Assembly: GCF_009914755.1 (NCBI RefSeq)
Contig: NC_060929.1
From: the human T2T-CHM13v2.0 reference genome, Homo sapiens
DNA: 64,000 bases
Reading direction: 5' to 3' (one strand)
Below the pieces are notes generated by a model. The model was not told the DNA's origin. It saw nothing but the letters and a program-made list of their open reading frames with translations, and did not search any database. Below are positions 53,681 to 64,000 of the stretch, one piece after another; position 1 is the stretch's first letter; each line of letters begins with the position of its first letter. Both the position numbers and the translations under genes were made by a program.

Positions 53681-54754
53681 CCTGTTGTTAGATTATTGCA
53701 AGTTATAAACCATGAGGCTGGTCTCTTTTTTGAGTAGAATTGGTCAAATTTCATATTCTATATCGGAGACAATGGTAGCTTTCAGGCTTTGAGCCAATAT
53801 CAGTTTTTTGAGTGTCAGAACAGAAGATGACAGGAACCAAATTGGATGATACAACAGGTTTGGGAACAGAAGCCAGAGGCAGTAAGCAGAAGAGGCAGAG
53901 AAGCTTGAAAGGATGTGCTCAGGAAGTAGATGTTGGGCCGCACAACGAAATTCAGAAAAACAATGCCTTGCTAAAAAATGACATCTTTTAAAGGGCAGGA
54001 TTTAGGTTTTTGTGACAGCTCTGTTTGATTCAGCCACTGAGCAGGTTAAAACTGAAGCAAGTGTTTTCCCATACTTTTATATTTGGATCACCATTTAAAA
54101 AGAGCTTTTCTGATACTCTTTGTTGTTAGGTGTATCATAGCAAATCCACTCTCTCATACTGACAATATATTTAACGTCCTACATTGGAAGATTTAATCTC
54201 ATTCAGAGCAATTAGGATCTCTGAGATGGATAGAATCATAAGAATTGTCCTGTCCTGGAAGAAGGTTGACATTTATTCTTCTACTCGTCTGATAAACCTG
54301 CTCAATCCAGTAAGCTGCTTCCTGTATGCACATTACAATGGCAATATTAAAAAGTTAATTAGTTACAGGTGTTTAAATCTTTGGATTTGTGAGTGCTATT
54401 CCATGGAATTCTACTGTCTTAAGCCTGGATAGTTTTTAAAGGGTGATGACCACCAGATCTGCATCTATCTGTATTTATGTCCTCATATTTTTCACTTGAG
54501 CCAATTAATGATCCAATAATTTTTTGTAATGCAGCTCATCTGCTTTCATGTAATTGCTCTTACCCTTAAGTCTGCTTCTTTCCAAGCTGCAATCTGCTTC
54601 CCTGCTGGACAGAATGTTGACGATTTAGTATTGGAATCTATATTTGCCTGAATCTTTTGTGCAGCTTGCTTGTCTATGTTCCTGATGCCAAACATACTCC
54701 CATTCTGTATTTTCTGATTTCTTGGAATTTCTCAAGTCTTTAGGGCTTTCAGGT

Positions 54755-55980
54755 TTATTTTTTGAAAACTAGACTCAATTATTTTTAAAGCACATTTAGG
54801 TACACAACAAAATTTAGTGGAAAATTCACAGTTCACCTGCCCCCACACATGTACAGCCTTCCCCACTATCAACATCCCCCACTAGGGTAAAACATTGTTT
54901 TGATCAATTAACTTACAATGACCTATCATTATGACCCTAAGTCCGTCGTTTGTATTATGGTTTATTCGTGGTGGTGTACATTCTATGAGTTTTGACACCA
55001 CTCTATTATCACGTTGAATATTTTCACTGTGCTAATAGTCTTCTATGCCCCGACTATTTATTCTCCCCTTCTCCCCCAACTCCTTGCAACAACTAATTTT
55101 TTAACTGTATTCATAGTTTTACCCTTTCAAAAATGTCATATAGTTGGAATCATACACTATGTAGAATCATACACTTTTCAGTGTCTTCTTTCAGTTAATA
55201 ATATACATTCAAAATTTTTCCATGTCTTTTCCTGGGTTGATAGCTCATATCTTTTCAGCACTGAATAACATAGGATCATCTGAATGTACCACCATTTATT
55301 TGTCCATTCACTTACTGAAAGATTTCTTGGTTGATTCCAAAGTTAGTCAATTATGAATAAAATTATTATAAACATCCATGTACAAATTTTATGTGAGTGT
55401 AAGTTTTCAACTCATGGGTTGCTGTTTTAATCTGCAATTCTCTAATGCCATAAGACATTGAATATCTTTTCATGTGCTTATATGCCATTGGTATATCTTC
55501 CTTTGTGAAGAGTTCTTTGTTGTAGAGTCTTTTTTTTTGTGGCTGAGTCTTGCTCTGTTGCCCAGTCTGGAGTGCAATGGTGCAATCTCAGCTCACTGCA
55601 ACCTCTGCCTCTGAGTTCAAACAATTCTCCTGCTTCAGCCTCCTGAGTAGCTGGGATTACAGGCATGCCCCCCAGCACCCGGCTAATTTTTTTATTTTTA
55701 GCAGAGATGGGGTTTTACCAGGTTGGCCAGGCTAGTTTTGAATTCCTGACCTCAAGTGATCTGCCTGCCTCAGCCTCCCAAAGTTCTGGGATTGCAGGCA
55801 TAAACCATTGCGCTAGGCCCTGAAGAGTTTATTTTGCCTGAACAATTTTTTAAATTGTGTTGTTCATTTTCTTACAGTTGCGTTTTCGATGTTCTTTGTG
55901 TATTTTCGGTATCAGTCCTTTGTCAGATATGCATTTTGTAAAAAATTTTTTCAGTCTGTGGCGTATCTTTTTATTCCTAC
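54755..55980 (-). mobile_element. L1MC-type LINE-1 3' portion, interrupted by an Alu
   Basis: CTGCCCCCACACATGTACAGCCTTCCCCACTATCAACATCCCCCAC..GTGTACATTCTATGAGTTTTGAC..AATGTCATATAGTTGGAATCATAC. The element resumes after the Alu with AGTCCTTTGTCAGATATGCATTTTG. Confidence 0.85.
55530..55819 (-). mobile_element. Alu (AluS-type) inserted in the L1MC
   Basis: Complete dimeric Alu. Degenerate TSD TGTAGAGTCT / TGAAGAGTTT. Confidence 0.96.
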
Positions 55981-56329
55981 CAAAGGGTATATGAAACAGA
56001 TGTAAATTCTGGAAACATGAAATTAAGTAAATACCTGGGAATCCACCGTCCAATGTAAGATTAATTATTTTGTTGGTAACATTCACACTACCTGTGCACT
56101 TTGCCAAGTTTCTGTGGGTAACTAAAAATCTAGAATTTGTTTTATTATTTTCTTTCTTTTAAAAAGTCATTTTAACACAGATGTATAGTACTAAATAATA
56201 TATTTTTTTAGGTTTGATGTTTTAAGTGTTTCTAAATTTGTAATACACCTAGTAGTTTTTAGCAATTTGCCTTATTTTCCTCCACCTATTTCTTCAGTTT
56301 CATCAAACTCCCCTGTGGGTATTTAATAA

Positions 56330-56730
<401 letters not shown>

Positions 56731-57623
56731 TCAAATTATATTCTCAATGAGAATTTGGAACTCCCTCATTCTGAAAGCCATTTATCTGGTAATTTCTCAA
56801 AGTATAACCCATTCTAGGGAAATTTATATTCTAACAGAATTAAAGGAATGAACTGAAAGATTATAAACTCCTATATAAGAAAAGTTTAGCTGACAGTAAG
56901 CCTGTAGAGATGGATTTGGGGACATGGCAGTCTTTCTGACAATTTTGAAATTGCAACAAGAAAGTAATTTTTGCTTGCAGCATATATTAGGGGCCTCCTT
57001 TCATTATGCTAAGTAATTTATTTTTTAAAATATCAGCTTTTATTATGCTAATACTGTTTAGTCATTGGCTAGCTGTAAACCAAATGGAAATAAATAGAAA
57101 GAATTTCGGTGACAGATTGAATGATGTATATAGATGGGCTAGTAACTTGTACAATGTAGAAATATTTCTCTGTTAATTAGACTCGATTGAGTTAAATTCT
57201 ATTCTAATTTAAATTAGAATGGGTAAGACTAAGAAATATTTGTTTATACTAGATATTTTCAACTTTTCTAGAGTCAGTAAATCTATTGGATAATATATTT
57301 TCATGAATACTGGCTGTTAAGTATTAGAAAATCATTTGAATTTCAGCAACAAATGTTATTTGTTATCAATTCCTGTTGTCTTTATGATTGTTATCTTCAA
57401 ATATTTCTCTTCGTTTTCATCAACATACTAAAATTCAAAGTGAACATATTCCTTTGTAAGTAACCACAAATCCAGTTCTCCAAAAAATTCTGAATTAAAG
57501 CTAAATATAATCTTGCTTTTCCACCATCAGAGGTTGACATCTACACTGATTTTACACTAACAAACTGAATATTTCTTGGAAAACTCTCACTTAAGAAAGT
57601 ACTGTATTTGAAGAGATTTTTTA

Positions 57624-60600
57624 TCTAGTTTTTATCTGAAGATATTTTCTTTTTCACCATAGGTCTCAATGCTCTCCCAAATATCCTTTCAAAGATTCTA
57701 CAAGAAGAGTGTTTCCAAACTGCTGAATGAAAAGAAAGGTTTAACCCTGCGAGATGAATGCACACATCAGAAAGCAGCTTCTCAGATAGCTTCCTTCTAG
57801 TTTTTGACCTGCGATATTTGCTTTTTCCCTACTGGCCTCAATTAGCTCCCAAAAGTCCATTAGCAGAATGACAAAAACAGTGTTTACAAACTGCTGAATC
57901 AAAAGAAAGGTTTAACTCTGTGAGATGAATGCACACATCACAAAGCAGTTTCTCGGAAAGCTTCTTTCTAGTTTTTATCTGAAAGTGATTTCTTTTTCAC
58001 CATAGGCCTGAATGCACTCCCAAATATCACTTCGCAGATTTTACACAAACAGTGTTTTGAAACTGCTGAGTGAAAAGAAAAGTATAATTCTGTGAGATGA
58101 ATGCACAACACAAAGCAGTTTGTCAGAAAGCTTCCTTCTCGCTTTTATCTGAAGATATTTTCTTTTTCATCGTAGGACTTAACGCACTTGCAAATGTCCA
58201 TTCGCAGAATGTACAAAAACAGGGTTTCCTAACTGCTGAATCAAAAGAAAGGTTTAACTCTGTGAGATGAATGCACACATCACAAAACAGTTTCTCAGAT
58301 AGCTTCTTTCTAATTTTATTCTAAAGAAACTTGCTTTTTCATCATAGACCTCAATGCATTCCCAAATATCCCTTCGCAGATACTACAAAAACAGTGCTTC
58401 CAAACTGCTGAATGAAAAGAAAGATTTAACTCTGTGAGATGAATGCATACATCACAAAGAGGTATCTCATATAGCTGTCTTCTAAATTGTATCCTGGGAT
58501 ATTTCCTTTTTTGCCATTGGCCCCAATGAGCTCCAAAATGTCCATTTGCAGATTGGTCAAAAACAGTGTTTCCAAACTGCTGAATCAAAAGACAGGTTTA
58601 AATCTGTAAGAAGAATGCACACATCACAAAGCAGTTTCTCAGAAAGCTACTTTCTAGTTTTTATCTGAAGAGAATTTCTTTTTCACCATAGGCCTCAATG
58701 TGCTCTCAAATATCCTTTTGCAGATTCTACAAAAACACTGTTTCCAAACTGCTGAATGAAATGAAAGATTTAACTCTGCAAGATGAATGCACACATTACA
58801 AGCGGTTTCCCAGATAGGTTTATTCTAGTTTTTATCCTGATATAATAACATTTTCACCATTGGCTTCAACGAGCTCCCAATTGTCCATTTGCAAAATGGA
58901 CAAAAACAGTGTTTCCAAACAGCTGTATCAAAAGAAAGGTTTAAATCTGTTGGATGAATGCACCCATCACAAACCAGTTTCTCAGAAAGCTTCTTTCTAG
59001 TTTTTATCTGAAGGTATTTTCTTTTTCACCATATGCCTCAAAATGCACCTAAATATCCCTTTGAAGTTTCTACAAAAAAATTGTTTCCAAACTGCTCAAT
59101 CAAAAGAGATGTTTAGCTCTTTGAGATGAATGCACACATTACAAAGCAGTTTCTCAAGAGGCTTCTTTCTAGTTTTTATCTGGAGATATTTTCTTTTTCA
59201 CCATAGGTCTCAATGTGCTCCCAAATATCCATTCAAAGATTCTATAAGAACAGTGTTTCCAAACTGCTGAATGAAAAGAAAGGTTTACCACTGTGAGATG
59301 AATGCACACATCACAAGTGGTTTCCAAGATAGGTTTCTTCTAGTTTTTATCCTGGAATATTAGCATTTTTGCCATTGGCCTTAATGAGCTCCCAAATTTT
59401 CATTTGCAGAATGGACAAAAACAGTGTTTTTAAACTGCTGAATTAAAAGAAAGCTTAAATTCTGTGAGATGAATGCACACATCACAAAGTAGTTTCTCAG
59501 AAAGCTTCTTTCTAGTTTTTATCTGAAGATAGTTTCATTTTCACTGTAGGCCTCAATGCACTCCCAAATATCCCTTAGTAGATTCTACAAAAACAGTGTT
59601 TCCAAACTGCTAAACGAAAGAAAGGTTTAACTCTGCGAGATGAATGCACGTGTCACAAAGCAGTTTCCAAGATAAGTTTCTTCTAGTTTTATCCTGGAAT
59701 ATTCACTTTTTCACCATTGGCCTCAATGAGCTCCCAAATGTCCATTCGCAGAATGGACAAAAACAGTGTTTCCAAACTTCAGAATCAAAAGAAATATTTA
59801 AGTTTGTGAGATGAATGCACACATCACAGATTGGTTGTTTAGATAGCTTCCTTATAGTTTTTACCCTGGGATATTTGCTTTTTTGCCATTGGCCTCAATA
59901 AGCTCCTCAATGTCCTTTCACTGAATGGAGAAAAACAGTGGTTGCTATCTGCTGAATCAAAAGAAAGGTTTAACTCTGTGAGACGAATGCACATACCTCA
60001 AAGCAGTTTCTCAGAAAGCTTCTTTCTAGTTTTTACCTGAAGAGATCTTCTTTTTCACCATAGGCTTCAATACACTCCCAATTATCCCTTCACAGATTCT
60101 ACAAAAACAGTGTTTCCAAACTGCTGAATGAAAAGAAAGGTTTAACTCTGCCAGATGAATGCACATATCACAAAGCGGTTTCTCAGATAGCTTCCTTCTT
60201 GTTTTTATGCTGGGATATTCACTTTTTCACCATTGGCATCAATGAGCTTCCCAATGTCCTTTCACTGAATGGAGAAAAACAGCGGTTACAACCTGCTGAA
60301 CAAATAGAAAGTTTTAACTCTGTGAGATGAATGCACATATCACAAAACAGTTTCTCAGAAAGATCCTTTCCAGTTACTATCTGAAGGCGTTTTCTTTTTC
60401 AGCATAGTACTCAATGCACTCCAAAGTATCCCTTCACAGATTCTACAAAATCAGTGTATACAAACTGAATAGAGAGGTTTCACTCAGTGAGATGAATGCA
60501 CACATCACAAAGTGGTTTCTTAGATAGCTTCCTTATGTTTTTTATCCTGAGTATTCGCTATTTCACCATTGGCCTCAATGAGCTCCCAAATGTCCATTTG

Positions 60601-63600
60601 CAGAATGGTCAAAACCAGTGTTTTCAAACTGCTGAATCAAAAGAAATTTTAACACTGTGAGATGAATACACACATCACAAAAGGGTTTCTCAGAAAACTT
60701 CTTTCTAGTTTTTTTCTGAATATATTTTCTCTATCACCATAGGCCTTAATGCACTCCCAAATATCCTTTCGCTAGATAGATTCCTTCTAGTTTTTGTCCT
60801 GGGATATTCACTTTTTTGCCATTGTCCTCAAAGAGCTCCCAAAGTCCATTTGTAGAATGGACAAACACGGTATCTGCAAACTGCTGAATCAAAATGAAGT
60901 TTTAACTCTCTAAGGTCAAGGCACACGTCACAAAGAACTTCCTCAGAAAGCTTCTTTCTAGTTTTATCTGAAGATGTTTTCTTTTTCACCATAGGCCTCA
61001 ATGCACTCCCAAATATCCCTTTGCAGATTCTACAAAAACAGTGTTTCCAAACTGCTGAATGAAAAGTAAGGTTTAACTCTGTGAGATGAATGCTCACATC
61101 ACAGAGTGGTTTCTCAGATGGCTTCCTTTCAGTTTTTATCCTGAAATATTTGCTTTTTTGCCATTTGCCTCAATGTGCTCCCAAATGTCCATTGGCAGAA
61201 TGGACAAAAACAGTGTTTCCAAACAGCTGAATTGAAAGAAAGGTTTATCTCTGAAAGATGAATGCAAACATCACAAAACAGTTCCTCAGAAAGCTTCTTT
61301 CTAGTTTTTATGTGGATATTTTCTTTTTCACAATAGGCCTCAATAGGATTCCAAATATCCCTTTGCCGATTCTACCAAAACAGTGTTTCCAAACTGCCTA
61401 ATGAAAAGTAAGTTTTAACTGTGTGAGATGAATGCACACATCACAAAGTGGTTTCCTAGATAGCTTCCTTCTAGTTTTTATCCTGGGATATTTGCTTTTT
61501 GACCATTTACCTCAATGAGCTCCAAAATTTCCATTTGCATAAAGGACAAAAACAGTGTTTCCAAACTGCTGAACCAAAGAAAAGTTTGACTCTGTGAGAT
61601 GAATGCACACATCACAAAGCAGATTCTCAGAAAGTTTCTTTCTAGTTTTTATCGAAAGATATTTAATTTTGCACCTTAGGCCTCAATGCCCTCCCAAATA
61701 TCCCTTTGCAGATTCTGCAATAACTGTGTTTCCATGTTGCTGAATGAAAAGAAAGGTTTTACTCTGTGAGATGAATGCACACATCATAAAGCAGCTTCGC
61801 AGATAGCTTCCTTCTAATTTTTATCCTGGGATATTCGACTTTTGGCCATTGTCATCAAAGAGCAACAAAATGTCCATTTGCAGAATGGACAAAAACATTG
61901 TTTCCAAACTGCCAAATCCAAAGAAAAGTTTAATTCTGTGAGATGAATGATCACATCACAAAGCAGTTTCCCAGAAATCTTCTTTCTATTTTTTATCTAA
62001 AGATATTTTCTTTTTCACCATAGGCCTCAATGCACTCTCAAATATCCCTTAGCGGATTCTACAAAAACAGTGTTTCCAAACTGCTGAATGAAATGAAAGA
62101 TTTAACTCTGCGACATGAATGCACACATAACAAGTGGTTTCCCAGATAGATTTATTCTAGTTTTTATCCTGGGATATTCACTTTTTTGCTATTGTCCTCA
62201 AAGAGGTCCCAAATGTCCATTCACAGAATCAACAGTGTTTCCAAACTGCTGAATCAAAAGAAAGATTAAACTCTGTGAGACATATGCACACATCACAATG
62301 TAGTTTCTCAGAAAGCTTCTTTCCAGTATTTACCTGAAGATATTTTCTTTTTCACCATAGGCCTCAAAGGGCTCCCAAATATTCCATCACAGAGTCTACA
62401 AAAGCCGTGTATCCAAACTGCTGAATGAAAAGGAAGGTTGAACACTGCTAGATGAATGCACACATCACTAAGTAGTTTCTCAGATAGATTACTTGTAGTT
62501 ATTATCCTGGGATATTCTCTTTTTTGCCATTGGCCTCAATGAACACCCAATTATCCACTCACAGAATAGACAAAAACAGTGTTTCCAAACTGCTGAATCA
62601 AAAGAATGGTTAAACTCTGTGAGATGAATGCACAGATCACAAAGCAGTTTCTCCAAAAGCTTCTTTCTAGTTTTTATCTGAATAGATTTCCTTTTTCACC
62701 ATAGGCTTCAATGTGCTCCCAAATATCCCTTCACAGATTCTTCAAAAAAAGTGCTTCCAAACTGCTGAATGAAAAGAAAAGTTTATCTCTGTGAGAGGGA
62801 TGCACACTTCACAAAGTGGTTTCCCAGATAGTTTTCTTATAGTATTTTTCCTGGGATATTAGCTGTATTACCCTTGCCCTCAATTAGCTCCCAAATGTCC
62901 ATTTGCAGAATGGATAAAAAGAGTGTTTCTAAAGTGCTGAATCAAAAGAAAGTTTTAACTCTGTGAGATGAGTGTACACATCACAAATCAGTTTTTTAGA
63001 AAGGTTGTTTCAAGTTTTTATCTGAAGTAATTTTCTTTTTCACCATAGGCCTCAGTGTGCTCCCAAATATCCCTTTGCAGATTCTACAAAAAGAGTGTTC
63101 CAAAACTGCTGAATGAAAAGAAAGATTTAATTCTGTGAGATGAGTGCACACAACACAAGGCAGTTTCTCAGATAGATTCCTTCTAGTTGTTATCTTGGGA
63201 TATGTGCTTTTTCGCCATTGGCCTCAATGAGCTCCCAAATGTCCATTTGCAGAATGGACAAAAAGAGTGTTTCCAAACTGCTTAATCAAAAGAAAGTTTT
63301 AACTGTGAGATGAATGCACACATTACAGAGCAGTTTTCAGGAATGTTCTTTCTAGTTCTTATCTGAAGATATTTTCCTTCTCACCGTAGGCCTCAATGAA
63401 CTCCCAAATATCCCTTCACAGATTCTGAAAAAACAGTGTTTCCACACTTCTGAATGAAAAGAAAGGTGTAATTCTGCAAGACAAATGCACACATAACAAA
63501 GCGGTTTCTCAGATTCCTTCTAGTTTTTATCCTGGGATATTCACTTTTTTTACCATTGACCTCAAAGAGCTCCCAAATATCCATACACATAATCGACAAA

Positions 63601-64000
63601 AAAAGTGTTTAAAAAGGGCTCAATCAAAAGAAAGGTTTAACTCTGTGAGATGAATGCTCAACTAATAAAGCAGTTTCTCAAAACGCTTCTCTCTAATTTT
63701 TATGTGAAGATATTTTGTTTTTCAACATAGGCCTCAATGCACTCCCAAATATCCCTTTGCACATTCTACAGAAACAGTGTTTCCAAACTGCTGAAGGACA
63801 AGAAAGGTTTACCTCTGCTAGATGAATGCACACATCACAAAGTGGGTTCTCAGATACCTTCCTTCTTGTTTTTACCTTGGGATATTCACTTTTTTGCCTT
63901 TGGCTTCAATGAGCTCCCAAATGTCAAATCACAGAATGGAAAAAAACAGTGTTTCTATACTGCTGAATCAAAAGAAAGTTTCAAGTCTGCGAGATGAATG
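57624..64000 (-). repeat. Diverged dimeric (~342-bp) alpha satellite in reverse orientation; runs off the window end
   Basis: Reverse-complement alphoid monomers alternate between two types: AAAGCTTCTTTCTAGTTTTTATCTGAAGATA..CACCATAGGCC..AAATATCCC and ATAGCTTCCTTCTAGTTTTTATCCTGGGATA..GCCATTGGCCTCAATGAGCTCCCAAATGTCCATT. Confidence 0.98.

Noticed and set aside
57624-64000. Right array as an inverted duplicate of the left array, or as an active centromeric HOR
   Set aside because: Its monomer types differ from both left-hand layers, its dimers are visibly diverged from each other, and I saw no CENP-B boxes.

Overview
This is primate (most likely hominoid) pericentromeric DNA and contains no intact protein-coding gene. 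Bases 1-35339 are a forward-oriented, diverged ~171-bp alpha-satellite array that switches abruptly between two monomer classes at ~26580. Bases ~57624-64000 are a reverse-oriented, dimeric alpha-satellite array. Between them lies a ~22-kb AT-rich island of euchromatin-type sequence. It carries old mammalian repeats (MIR, L2, MER5B, MLT1, L1M), four Alus and a near full-length, inactivated L1PA4-like LINE-1. I found no CENP-B boxes by eye. The most interesting signals are structural: fossil 4-, 5-, 6- and 7-monomer periodicities inside nominally 'monomeric' satellite, convergent arrays broken at nearly the same monomer position, and a nested MLT1/L1M/L1PA insertion. The sequence gives no support for a new biological system. 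Subfamily names come from remembered consensus sequences, not database searches.
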